55,993 bases of DNA, filler included, from Dugesia japonica (GCA_001938525.1; 4 parts of 4 records of this genome joined end to end with filler, not necessarily neighbours in it), one strand, 5' to 3'; shown: positions 1 through 11,042, numbered from the whole stretch's first letter. The notes: generated from the sequence alone by a model not told the origin. Numbers and translations: made by a program.

Positions 1-828
1 TATAGTTCAACAATACCAAAATTTAAATTGTTCGATAGAAATTGATCGAAAAAATTGGTTTCGAAAATTCAAATTTTCAACCTTCCCGAACTAAAATTCA
101 ACCGTTCCAACTCGAATTCAAAACGTTTTTTTACGTATTCGTAACGACCAATCAAAATTCTTTCATACTGGCACTTCAATTACTAGCAAGATCGACGGGG
201 GGAGGGGGTATCGTGCCAGTGCTGACGTATCCCACTACTATAGCAAACTCAAATATACCTTCGAAACATGAAAATTATCACCCGTCACTTATTCTGTCGC
301 GATTTTCATTTTAAAAAACACATTATTACACACAAATAAGCACCATCACATGTGAATTACTAAACCTTTTCAGCATCACTTGTTCTTAAAGTTCCTCTTT
401 CAATCAAAGCAAAATCATCCAAATCCAACAAAAAACCGCAATTCTNGAATCTATTAACTGATATCTGAAAAAGCGTTACTGTAACCAATAGAAACATTTT
501 TGTATAAATTTATCTATTTCATTATATACAGACTTAAAAGTCTATTGAAATACATTATCGAAACCTTATAAAAAATATAAAAAACATTTAAAAAAAATAT
601 TTTAAAAAAACACAAAAAGAAAACAAAAAGAAAAAATGNNNNNNNNNNNNNNNNNNNNNNNNNNNNNNNNNNNNNNNNNNNNNNNNNNNNAAATTGTCAA
701 ATTTTTTTATAAAATTTGAAGTTCTTGCCAAAAACTATTTGAAATTTGAATTTCCTGCTTAATTTATTTGTTAATTAAAACAAAAAATTTGAAATTCCAA
801 CAATTAGACTTATTTAAAACAAATCCGC

Positions 829-1203
829 GATGGATTGGTCAGCATGACCTCATTAGTTTTATTGGTCAATACCAACACACACTTACCCCACCCTCCCCAC
901 TCTCTCCAGCCTCCCTGACCTTCCCTCTCTCTCCTCCGAGCATTCTAAGACCAACTTGCACATCAAAAAACACTTAAGAAATAAAAAATCACTTTAAAAA
1001 TCAATATTCACTTCAAAAATCGATAATTACTTCAAAAGTCGATAGTCAATAATCAATCGGATCAAAAATCGATAATCAATATATACGCGATAACTCATAC
1101 GATCGCAGACCCCACTTTAATCCGTTTTCGCTAGGTGGGATGGGGTAAAAGAATTTTGTGAATTGACCAATCAAAATGATGGGGTCATGCTGACTAATCT
1201 ACA
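829..1203. repeat. ~41-bp imperfect inverted repeat pair with CCAAT motifs flanking a repetitive spacer
   Basis: 829-869 (gatggattggtcagcatgacctcattagttttattggtcaa) is approximately the reverse complement of 1163-1203 (ttgaccaatcaaaatgatggggtcatgctgactaatctaca). The spacer has a pyrimidine tract and AAAATCGATA-like repeats. Confidence 0.75.
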
Positions 1204-1584
1204 TACTCTTTAAATGTTTCGTACAATTCATTTATTATTTCAAGATTCATTCTATAAATAAAATATATACTCAATATTCCACAGATTCTTATTCTCCACG
1301 GTTGTCCTTGTATTTTATTATATTTGAGCGCCTTTGGCGCTTGTAATTCTTTAGAGACTTGACTAATAGGAGGTAAACCAAAAGAATCAAAATAATAACC
1401 AGGGCGCTTCGGGATATATAAAGCAACCCAATGACTTCCTCTTTGTCTAGAGTTTTGATAATTAATTATATAATGCCCACGAAGCGGCCCAGTTAATTCA
1501 TAACTCATCAAGACTTGAATATTTAAATTTAAATGTTCTGCTATAGACAGTAAATCAAAATTAGTGGTTGTATTTATTCCAAAA
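1194..1584 (-). CDS. Adenain-like (adenoviral-type) cysteine protease, 5' end in gap
   Basis: TTNFDLL...YIINYQNSRQRGSHWVALY...YYFDSFGLPP...YNKIQ...ICG contains the His/Asp/Gln/Cys catalytic set. The frame stays open upstream of the listed ORF to the gap. Confidence 0.85.
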
Positions 1585-1639
1585 GNNNNNNNNNNNNNNN
1601 NNNNNNNNNNNNNNNNNNNNNNNNNNNNNNNNNNNNNNN

Positions 1640-2292
1640 NNNNNNNNNNNNNNGCAGTATTCTAAAAATTAGTCTACTGAAGTATACTGGATTTATTCTA
1701 ATCCAGTACGTGGAAAATTACTAATTTTTACAATTGGATTTGAATCCAATATTTCTTTAATTTCCATAAAATTATTATGTATTTGATACAAAGTTAAAGT
1801 GCAATATTTCATGATTGAGTGATTTATTCTTAAATGATAAAATTGTATACATTTGAACACAAGTATTTAATTCCATTCAATTCTAATTTTAACATTGTGT
1901 CTTTCTTTTTATAATTAAAAACCCTTTGTGATGTTCAATTTCTTGGTTTCTACTTTGGTTTCTAGTTTGGTATGAATACAAGTATATACTTCAGGATATA
2001 ATAATCTAAATTTGTGATATTCAATTTCTTCTTGTATTATTAAATTTCCAGTTTTAAGTTTCACTTCTGGAATAGGTTAAATAGTTTTATAAACCATTTT
2101 AATCTCTGATGTTTTAGATTTGACTATAGTTTTCTCTTTAATTCTCTTGTATAAATAAAAACTTAGATTATATCTATATTCAAAACATGTAAATTTATTA
2201 AGCCATTTTAATAAATTTGTTACTTCTTTTTCATCTTTCAACAGTTTGAGAATTTTAGGAAAATGATATTTAGTAAATATAGTTGTTTCCAT
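1640..2292 (-). pseudogene. Disrupted hypothetical viral ORF
   Basis: ORF 2077-2292 continues through stops and frameshifts. It is co-oriented within the viral cluster and no motif was recognised. Confidence 0.35.
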
Positions 2293-2302
2293 TTTTTTAT
2301 AC

Positions 2303-2901
2303 TTAATGTTTAATTCTTTTTTTTCCGAACATGTAATAAAAAAGTTATTCTTTCTCTATTTAAATCTATTGGTTTATACTTTTCATCTATAAAGTTTAAT
2401 TTCATTATATGTATAGTTTTGGTATTTAATTTAGAATATGTTGGATTTCCTAGTCTATCTGTCAATTGATAACCAAAAGGTACTGTGTTTAAAGGTATAG
2501 TGTATATTGGGACCGTAGGCCCTTTGTGAATGAAATCCTAAAATTGTATGGAAAAAGATTTTCCCATTAAATTTTAGCACTTTTGAAGCCGAAGGCTCCT
2601 TTGTGTAGGCCGACACCAGCTGAATAATAGCCTTACCAGTTGAATGATCATGAGTAAAAATAATATTTTCAAGTACTAAATTTTCAGCTATTTGTTTAAA
2701 TTTATATGATCCTGGTTCTAAAGATTTTTCAATTGATCATAAAAAATATTTATTCTTCTCACTTGTTATATTGAATATTATATTATAAGTTGAAAACTAA
2801 AGAAGAGCAATTTCATATTCTTGATCATCTAATTTTAATGGTTGATCAAATTTCAATTCTAAATTATTTTCTTGTCCAGCAATTAAAAATTGATGAGACA
2901 T
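2303..2901 (-). pseudogene. Minor capsid (penton-like) protein
   Basis: Manual translation: MSHQFLIAGQENNLELKFDQPLKLDDQEYEIALL*FSTYNNIFNIT...LEPGSYKF...IYTIPLNTVPFGYQLTDRLGNPTYSKLNTKTIHIMKLNFIDEKYKPIDLN. This is the typical Polinton/adintovirus penton pattern. Stop and frameshifts are present. Confidence 0.75.
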
Positions 2902-3052
2902 GATGAACTGATAGGTTCTTTTTAATGTAAATATTTTGAATAAAGAATCTTAAATAAAGAATTTTAAATAAAGGATTTAAAATTTTAAATAAACGATTTT
3001 AAATATTAGAAACGATTGTTCCTCGCTTTGCTGGGAGCTGATCACTAAAATA

Positions 3053-3965
3053 TCAAATCTTGTAACACAAATACTTTTTCTTGGTCCTTAATTTAAGATT
3101 TAATAATTCTTTACATACTAATTTAATTTCTGTTTGTAAATTATCATGTCCTGCTTTTACTCCAGAAATTAAACTTGTTAATTTTTCCCATAGACTAATA
3201 TAATTATTAGTTTCTGGAGTCTTACCGACAGCATCTGGAGTCTTACCGACAGCATCTTCAACTAAAGAGCTTTTACTATCATCACTTTTCCTGTTACGTT
3301 TTTTAAGAATTCTTTAAAAGTTGATAATAAATTACAACATTCTACATATTGCCCTTGCTTAAGAAATTTAATTCCAATATTTTTTAAAAAAATTTCTCTT
3401 GCTCGAAAACTATCAGATCCATGACCATAAATTAACATCATTACTTCTTGATTAAAAAGAATTAACTTTCCTGTAGAAGGAATATTTAAACCAGTTTCAA
3501 TATAAAAATATTTCTCTTCAGTTTCTGGAGTGTCTACGTTATTTTTTAAAACTAAATATATTCTAGTTTTTTCCCCCTTTTTATCAAAGTAAAAATTTCA
3601 TCATTAACCTTTACTTTTTCATCATGGGGTTTAATTGAATCAGATATTTGATATTTTAGTTCTAGAAAAATATCAAAATGAAAAGGTTTAAATTGATCAA
3701 GAAATACAGAATCATAATTATCTTCATCACTATTTTTGGTAACCTTGATATCTTGTAAACCATTTTCTAAATTGTTTATTGCTTCAATTGTAGGTTTTTG
3801 TTTAAAGGTTTCATCTTCAATAAAAATATTAGAATCTGTTTGTTGAGATGTTGATAAATTACTTAATTTCTCTCTAGTTTTAATTTGTTCTCGTAATATT
3901 TTTATTCTAGCACTAACCCAATCATCTGGATGGTATTCTATATCAAGCTTCAAAGAAGCTTCCAT
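3053..3965 (-). pseudogene. Conserved Polinton/MELD-type hypothetical (putative virion core) protein
   Basis: N-terminal coiled coil (ORF 3552-3965) and C-terminal WEKLTSLISGVKAGHDNLQTEIKLVCKELL. The latter resembles the 'L.LL.AS..AGN....EI..I..EL' motif seen in ORFs of such elements. Contains a short tandem duplication (tggagtcttaccgacagcatc x2) at ~3215-3257. Confidence 0.55.
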
Positions 3966-4030
3966 TTCTTAAAGATTGAACTTAAGATGTTAAATTAAAG
4001 ATTTTAACCTTAAAACAAACATTAAATAGG

Positions 4031-4225
4031 TTAAACACTCGCTTCACTCGTGTCATTCCATGGTTTTAAATATATCCCATCTCCTTGTTTTATAATCTCT
4101 AGTCCTTGTTTGAAATTCTTTGTTATTGATCTGAGGTTTGCTGTCGTTTGCACTCCAGAATTGTCTTCAACACCTTTCAAATATTTTTGTATAATATAAG
4201 AATAATTAATAAATTTGTTAAACAA
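4031..4225 (-). CDS. Small viral ORF with C-terminal GDGIYLKPW motif
   Basis: A G.G.YLKP motif is recurrent in small ORFs of adintovirus/MELD-like elements (possible protease-cleavage context; inference). Confidence 0.45.
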   Translation of the reverse strand: MFNKFINYSYIIQKYLKGVEDNSGVQTTANLRSITKNFKQGLEIIKQGDGIYLKPWNDTSEASV

Positions 4226-4462
4226 GGTTATGGTTATGATGATGATGATGTTCCCTTTTAAGAAATTGAGGAGCTATATGGTTACAATTACTGTCAAGAT
4301 ATAAAGCACCTTAGAGATAAAATTCTTCAATGTTATAATAATTATTTAAAAGAGAGGTATGAAAATACAAAATATGATATTCACTTTTGGGTTAAACATT
4401 ACCATTCTAGTTATCATGAAAATAATTATATAGATGGGATTAAGACGTTAACCTAGAATAAG

Positions 4463-5587
4463 TTATCCATCAATAATTCTTTTTCTCTATCTAGAAAAAA
4501 TAATTGTATTTCGTTTTCCAATGATAATTTGTTTCAAAATCATATCCATCCCTTGAGTGGAATATATTTGAAAATAAATGATGATAAACATTATCTTTAT
4601 CTCTTTTACCAAACTTGAAGAATATAAAACAATTGGAATTATTTCTTATTGAATTTTTATCCAAATCATAATATGTTTAAGCTATATATTACATTACAAT
4701 TATTATGTCTTACTCTTGTAAAGTAAGATTTTGAATCTGTTGATTTTTCTCATATACTACATCATCAAAGATTATCAAATTCTTCAAGTCTTTTGGTAAC
4801 TTGTCACATGGTAATATATCACTTGGTTTATTACTAATTGTTATTTGAATTCTTTCTGGATAATATATTATTGGTTCAACATACTTTTTATTTATAAACC
4901 ATGAAATAATCTCTTGTCGTAATTTAAAATCTAGAGGCACCAAATCTTGGTTTTCAAATATTAATAATAAATCTTGTTTTGATAATCCAGCTTCAAATCC
5001 ATGTTTAATTAATTGAATTTNNNNNNNNNNNNNNNNNNNNNNNNNNNNNNNNNNNNNNNNNNNNNNNNNNTATCACTTGGTTTATTACTAATTGTTATTT
5101 GAATTCTTTCTGGATAATATATTATTGGTTCAACATACTTTTTATTTATAAACCATGAAATAATCTCTTGTCGTAATTTAAAATCTAGAGGCACCAAATC
5201 TTGGTTTTCAAATATTAATAATAAATCTTGTTTTGATAATCCAGCTTCAANTCCATGTTTAATTAATTGAATTTTAAACTGATTAATTGTTGTACTAAAT
5301 ATTATTAGATTGTTGTAAACTATGAATGACCGCGAAGCTGTTGCTTGCGCTTCAGAGTCAGTCTTTCTTACAATTAATTCTTGTTTATCTGATGGGCAAA
5401 CTTTGGTTCCACAATCCAAAAGCATTCTCATTAATAAAAGATTTTTACCACAACCCGATGATCCAATAATTAATTATCTAAATTGTGGTGGAAATATCTT
5501 GTGTTTAAATTTACTTGTATTAGTTTTCCATATTAATGGAGTTGAAGGATGACCCGAAGGGTCTTGTTTAATTTTATTACTAGACAT
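4463..5587 (-). pseudogene. A32/FtsK-like genome-packaging ATPase
   Basis: ATG at 5587. PPQFR*LIIGSSGCGKNLLL (Walker A, T/S replaced by N), NLIIFDDV (Walker B), RHNNCNVIYIA*TYYDLDKNSIRNNSN (Arg-finger region). Internal stops; part of it is duplicated across the gap at 5021-5070. Confidence 0.85.
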
Positions 5588-5597
5588 TTTATTAAGA

Positions 5598-6730
5598 TTA
5601 AACTTTACACATTGATTTAAAGAGAGCTTGCTTATGTGGAGCGTTAGAGACACTCGCTCGCTTTATCATACTTGTCTTTTGAAGTTCATTATTATAAAAT
5701 CTACCTAGAAACTTTTAATTCTCCAAATCAGTAATTCCATTAGTAAAAGGTTTTGTATTGTATACTTTTGTTACTACAAATATTTCACTTGTCCATTTAG
5801 CTGTAAAACCTTTTCAAATTTATACTTGTATTTAAAAATTCTTACTAAATCTATAATTTTAATCTCCAAATTTAAAACTAATGCTGTTGTTGACAGTATT
5901 ATGATTTTTATTTATTTCTTTTATTTTATCAGGATTTTCACTAGCATATTTTGGTGTTGTTTTAATAGAACTATGAATTATATTATTATAATCATTTAAA
6001 ATTTTTTGTAATAGTTTATTATCCCATTTTTGGTTGCCAACTAATTTAAAATATTTCCACATTTTATTTTTTAGAGTTCTAATAAATCTTTCTGGAAAAA
6101 CTGATTTACCTTCATTCTCTGTATGATATAATTTAAAATTATTTTTCTTAAAGAATTAATCCATGTATTTTGATCTAATTCTTGATTCTTTGTCAAACCA
6201 AATNNNNNNNNNNNNNNNNNNNNNNNNNNNNNNNNNNNNNNNNNNNNNNNNNNTTTAATAGAACTATGAATTATATTATTATAATCATTTAAAATTTTTT
6301 GTAATAGTTTATTATCCCATTTTTGGTTGCCAACTAATTTAAAATATTTCCACATTTTATTTTTTAGAGTTCTAATAAATCTTTCTGGAAAAACTGATTT
6401 ACCTTCATTCTCTGTATGATANNNNNNNNNNNNNNNNNNNNNNNNNNNNNNNNNNNNNNNNNNNNNNNNNNNNNNNNNNNNNNNNNNNNNNNNNNNNNNN
6501 NNNNNNNNNNTATTATTTTCTTAAAATATATTTTCATAAGCTTCTCGTAAAGATTCTTGATTTTTATTTTTCATTGGCTCACAAAAACCAAATCTATAAT
6601 ATCACAACCTTAAGTATTATCTTTTTTTTTTTATTACTTTTAGAAAATGTTTTAAGTTTTCTGTATTCTTTATGAAGTTCATTTGATAATATACTCCGAG
6701 CAAAGCAAGGAGTTTGGTTCTCTTTATTTT
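5598..6730 (-). pseudogene. Retroviral-like (rve) Polinton integrase
   Basis: ILSNELHKEYRK (N-terminal), RFGFCEPMKNK..ESLREAYENIF, MWKYFKLVGNQKW..LLQKILNDYNNIIHSSIKTTP, GFTAKWTSEIFVVTKV, GRFYNNELQK. Gaps and frameshifts are present. Confidence 0.85.
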
Positions 6731-6779
6731 CATTATTATTAGTTAAAGGGAAAGTCTTCGCTTCGCTCAAACTTGCTCC

Positions 6780-7438
6780 TATTATAATATGAAGTTCAAG
6801 AGTATTAATCTTGATTGTTGCTTTATGATCCTTCTTTCCAAAGAATATTAATTCATCTTGTTTATTCCTCGTACAATCTAACTGAATAAAAACATTAAAT
6901 AGTAACCTATTATAATTTTGTAAAAACCCAAAAAGATTTCTTAGTGTGAAATAACCTTCATACTTCATACAAGAGTTATACAATTCTTTTCTTTTAGTAA
7001 AGCTTGGATCATCTACTGTTCCTGTTTTTACATTTAGGATCCATCCATAAGCCATAGTACACGGTAAACTAGAATCGCCATACATTATTAAATTTAACAT
7101 TGTAGAGGATATTCCTACATTTCCCAAATCTTCAATTTTGATGATTCAAGTTTTAATCTCATGGAATCAAATAAATTAGGAAACCAATTATTTTCCAAAC
7201 TAACATCTGGTTTGGTTGGATTAGAAAGAATAATTTCAATCTTGTAATATAGTTTTGAATTTCCAATGTCTATGGGATTGGTTGATTGGAGTGATTGAAA
7301 TGTAATTTCCCCCAACTTGTTTAAATTGTTAATTGAATCACTAGTGGGACTTATTTTCATCAAATCATTTTTAGTTTGCAAGTGTAAAAATTTAGAATTT
7401 AAATCCAATTTCATCTTCTATAGTAATATTTTGCTCAT
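6780..7438 (-). pseudogene. Major capsid protein (double jelly-roll type), N-terminal part only
   Basis: ISPTSDSINNLNKLGEITF...DIGNSKLYYKI...LENNWFPNLFDSMRLKL...VGISSTMLNLIMY...GW...SFTKRK...LRNLFGFLQNYNRLL..V.IQL..TRN. Frameshifted, and runs into integrase sequence. Confidence 0.75.
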
Positions 7439-7479
7439 GTTATCTTTTTAACTTTTATTTGTCCTACATCACTTGTTCC

Positions 7480-7999
7480 AGCATAAACTCTACTTACCTT
7501 GTTTTTAAATTTTGAAGGTACTTTTCAAATCAATCTTTTTTCAGTTATTTCATTTCGTTTTTCTACATCTTTCATGACATTTATACAATCCATTGAAGTT
7601 AGTAAAACATCTTTCTTTGGTATTAGACTACAATTTAAAGCAGGTAATTCTACTAGTTGTGGTTTCTTCTCAAGATTATACTTATCCAATAACTCGTGTT
7701 CAACTCTTTCTTTCTGAAAAGTTTCTTCTAATTCTTTTATATATTCAAAATTCTTTTTACTTTCAATACTTAAAATATTAATCAAAATACCCTTGCAATC
7801 ACTTTCACAAAATTTACTAACCATTATACTTATTAAACTTGTCATTATCTTCATGTGTACTTATTTGTGTATGCATATTCTTCAACGTTGTAACATACAT
7901 CTTTGCTGTTTTACAAGTTAAATCATGTTGACAAAAATTACTAATCTCTTCCATACTAAACTCTCCCAAAGTTGCAAATTTATTTACTGTATTATACAA
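7480..7999 (-). pseudogene. Disrupted hypothetical viral ORF
   Basis: Overlapping ORFs 7817-7999 and 7525-7854 appear to be one frameshifted gene. No motif recognised. Confidence 0.4.
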
Positions 8000-8158
8000 A
8001 GTATTTAAACTAAGAATTTCTTTACCTTTATTTGCTTTTGCAATTTTCTATAGTAATAATTCGGATAAACCGAAAACGAAAAACTGAATATCGAAAATCG
8101 AACTGTAATCTGAAAACTGATATCTGAAAACGGAACACGGAAACTTTTAATTATAAAA

Positions 8159-8445
8159 ATGTCTACTAATTTAAAAGAAGAAGAGTTTTATGAGTTGTTG
8201 AAGAGTTATGATTTTATTAATAATTCTCTAGTTAGTTTTTCTAGAAAATATGGAGAATGTGTTAAAACAATAACAAATATTTAAACTTGCTCAAAATTCG
8301 TTATAATAAACAAACTAGAGTAATTAAACAAAAACGTGAAATAAATGGAAGATATACTTTTTCTTTAATTAGATCTAGTCAACAAGAACTCATTAATCGA
8401 GAACCTATTAAAGTAGAACCTATTAAAGATACTACTAAAACATAA
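8159..8445 (+). pseudogene. Small HTH-like protein, paralog 1 (frameshifted)
   Basis: MSTNLKEEEFYELLKSYDFINNSLVSFSRKYGECVKTIT/KYLNLLKIRYNKQTRVIKQKREINGRY. Confidence 0.55.
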
Positions 8446-8543
8446 AAGCAAACCAAAAATCAATTTCCTCACAATGTCCAATGAAGACTTTTGTAAGAAA
8501 GTAGAAAAAGATGTTTGTAATACTAAATAAACGCCATTATAAA

Positions 8544-8771
8544 ATGTCTACTAATTTTAAGAAAGAAGAATTTCATATGCTTTTAAAAAATTATGATTTC
8601 ATCAATCATTCAATTTCCAGTTTTTCCAAGAAATATAAAATCTCTGAGAAAACAGTTAGAAAATATTTAAATTTGATCCATATTCCATATAATAAACAAA
8701 CAAGAACCATTAATCAAAAATGTAATGCTAATGGTAGATTTAGTTATTCTTTACTTGATCGTTATCAAGAA
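8544..8771 (+). CDS. Small HTH-like protein, paralog 2 (3' end in gap)
   Basis: MSTNFKKEEFHMLLKNYDFINHSISSFSKKYKISEKTVRKYL shows an HTH pattern (S....A.KY.IS..TV.KYL) and is a clear paralog of 8159-8445. Confidence 0.6.
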
Positions 8772-8870
8772 NNNNNNNNNNNNNNNNNNNNNNNNNNNNN
8801 NNNNNNNNNNNNNNNNNNNNNNNNNNNNNNNNNNNNNNNNNNNNNNNNNNNNNNNNNNNNNNNNNNNNNN

Positions 8871-9848
8871 TAAAATTAAGGTTAAAGGAGATCCAATAGC
8901 ACATGACTCTAGATGACAACCGATGCATTTAGAAAATAAAATTGAAGATATTATTAAAGAGTTAGCAAAGATTGGTGTAATCAGCAGGTGTAATATTCCT
9001 TGGAATTCTCCATTAGTGATTGTGGGTAAAAAGGACGACTCAATAAGAATGTGTGTGGATTACAGGCAAGTAAATTTGAGGACAGNNNNNNNNNNNNNNN
9101 NNNNNNNNNNNNNNNNNNNNNNNNNNNNNNNNNNNAAGGAGATCCAATAGCACATGACTCTAGATGACAACCGATGCATTTAGAAAATAAAATTGAAGAT
9201 ATTATTAAATAGTTAGCAAAGATTGGTGTAATCAGCAGGTGTAATATTCCTTGGAATTCTCCATTAGTGATTGTGGGTAAAAATGACGACTCAATAAGAA
9301 TGTGTGTGGATTACAGGCAAGTAAATTTGAGGACNNNNNNNNNNNNNNNNNNNNNNNNNNNNNNNNNNNNNNNNNNNNNNNNNNNNNNNNNNNNNNNNNN
9401 NNNNNNNNNNNNNNNNNNNNNNNNNNNNNNNNNNNNNNNNNNNNNNNNNNNNNNNNNNNNNNNNNNNNNNNNNNNNNNNNNNNNNNNNNNNNNNNNNNNN
9501 NNNNNNNNNNNNNNNNNNGATTAGCTACAGCACCGGCCAATTTTCCAAGGTTAATGTACGAGTAATTGGAGGGATTAATTTTCAAAGAAGTTATTGTATA
9601 TCTGGACGATATTCTGGTGTAAGTAAAATCTTTGGAGGATCACAACTAAATGTTAGAAACAGTCTTTTACAGAATCAGAGACTCGAGGTTACGAATAAAC
9701 ATGGAGAATTTTAGGTTTTATCAGAAAGAAGTGTTATTCTTATGACATACAGTTAGTGCAACTGTTATACGCACTAACAAAGTTAGGATTCAAGAGATTA
9801 AGAATGCTATAGTTCCAGAATGTTCTTCAAAACTCCGTTTGTTTCTCG
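8871..9848 (+). pseudogene. Ty3/Gypsy reverse transcriptase fragment
   Basis: PWNSPLVIVGKKDDSIRMCVDYRQVN, LATAPANFPRLM, IVYLDDILV, FL*HTV. Segment duplicated across a gap. Confidence 0.9.
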
Positions 9849-9892
9849 NNNNNNNNNNNNNNNNNNNNNNNNNNNNNNNNNNNNNNNNNNNN

Positions 9893-9904
9893 TTAATTAA
9901 TTAA
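9893..9904. other. Artificial scaffolding linker TTAATTAATTAA
   Basis: Six-frame-stop 12-mer centred in an N run; identical at 24712 and 40099. Confidence 0.95.
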
Positions 9905-10501
9905 NNNNNNNNNNNNNNNNNNNNNNNNNNNNNNNNNNNNNNNNNNNNATTCATGTAATTACTTGGTATAAATATAAAACCACAATAAACGATTTATTAA
10001 TGGTCACCCGAGAAACCCAACTAGTAGTAGACCTGAGAGTGTATTGACAAAAGATGGACAATTTAAGCGATTTAGCCACATACGGACAACTTAGTTTATG
10101 GGACAGAGCGGAATGGTGGAAAGAAAAAACCTGTACGAAGCTGAAGTAAGAACCACGTCAACTATATCGGACTAATATATTCGGGTAAGGCTCCTCAGTA
10201 AAAAGAGAGTAATAAAGAAAGTAGACATGATAACACTCAATATGCTAACTATGAGGCAGTATTTACGCCAATAAAAAAGTTTATATGGCCTAAATCGCTC
10301 AAGACATAACCACGCTATAGGTAAAATAAAAGCTTTTTGGAATTTAAAAAATCAATAATTTTGTAGAATATTTATTAAAATTTCTTAGATTATTTGTTTG
10401 AATATTGTGAATTGTGCTTTATCATTTTTCATTTTAATAAAAGACTTGTAATAATCAAAAAACAATTTATGAAGACTTGTGAGAATTTAAATTCAACTAA
10501 T

Positions 10502-10980
10502 ATGGCGACTAACGCATCACTCGATTTGCTAAAAGAAGCCCTGAACCCTGTAATTTTTAAATCGGTTGATGATGTTGAAAAATTCTTTTTGAAGACAACG
10601 AAGTATTTTGATATAACGGGAACAAAGAAAGGTCAAAAGAGTTGGTTTCTAGTTACATTCATAAATAGAGAACTGCGTGAAATCTTTGAAAATGAAGACG
10701 AATCATAGGGATATGAAGAAAGATTCAGAAAGGCTTTCTTTAGACCATCAACAATGATTAAAGATACGGAGGAAGCTCTAAATTTTTAAAGAAATGGAGA
10801 GCATATAAATATCTATAAGAAGAAGATTGAAGGATTGGTAGAAAAGTTAATGGCTCATAAATGTATAAAGAACATGAGAAGCTTTTTGTGAATATGCAAT
10901 TACTTCAGACTGTTTATCAATAATTGCACAAAGAAAGCTAGAAACTTGGAAGAGCTACGTGGAAAATATCTTTCAGCAAA
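10502..10980 (+). pseudogene. Ty3/Gypsy gag N-terminus fused by deletion to an RT/RNase H fragment
   Basis: MATNASLDLLKEALNP..FK..DDVEKFF...KYFDITG (paralog at 20027), then MRSFL*ICNYFRLFINNCTKKARNLEEL (RT thumb LRSFLG..NYYRRFI). Confidence 0.75.
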
Positions 10981-11042
10981 AACTGATTTACACTAATTTT
11001 CTGTATGGTATAAATTAATATACCATACTAGNNAAAGTTTGA

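Larger units (their letters stand above)
829..8771 (-). mobile_element. Decayed Polinton/Maverick- or adintovirus/MELD-like endogenous viral element
   Basis: Co-oriented minus-strand cluster of adenain-type protease, minor capsid, A32/FtsK ATPase, rve integrase and major-capsid-like ORFs, which is the Polinton morphogenesis plus integration module. Many stops and frameshifts. Termini and pPolB not identified; boundaries approximate. Confidence 0.85.

Noticed and set aside
1-242. TATAGT...ACTATA / ACTACT as Polinton termini
   Set aside because: Only a 6-bp match, with no extended TIR or TSD and no partner end found.
4820-9334. Apparent tandem duplications in the ATPase, integrase and RT
   Set aside because: Near-identical copies directly flank N gaps (5021, 6204, 9086), which is typical of unmerged contig overlaps rather than biology.
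8771-10000. Polinton-like virus physically carrying a reverse transcriptase
   Set aside because: The RT is ordinary Gypsy type and is separated from the virus by an N gap and from downstream sequence by an artificial linker, so linkage is unsupported.
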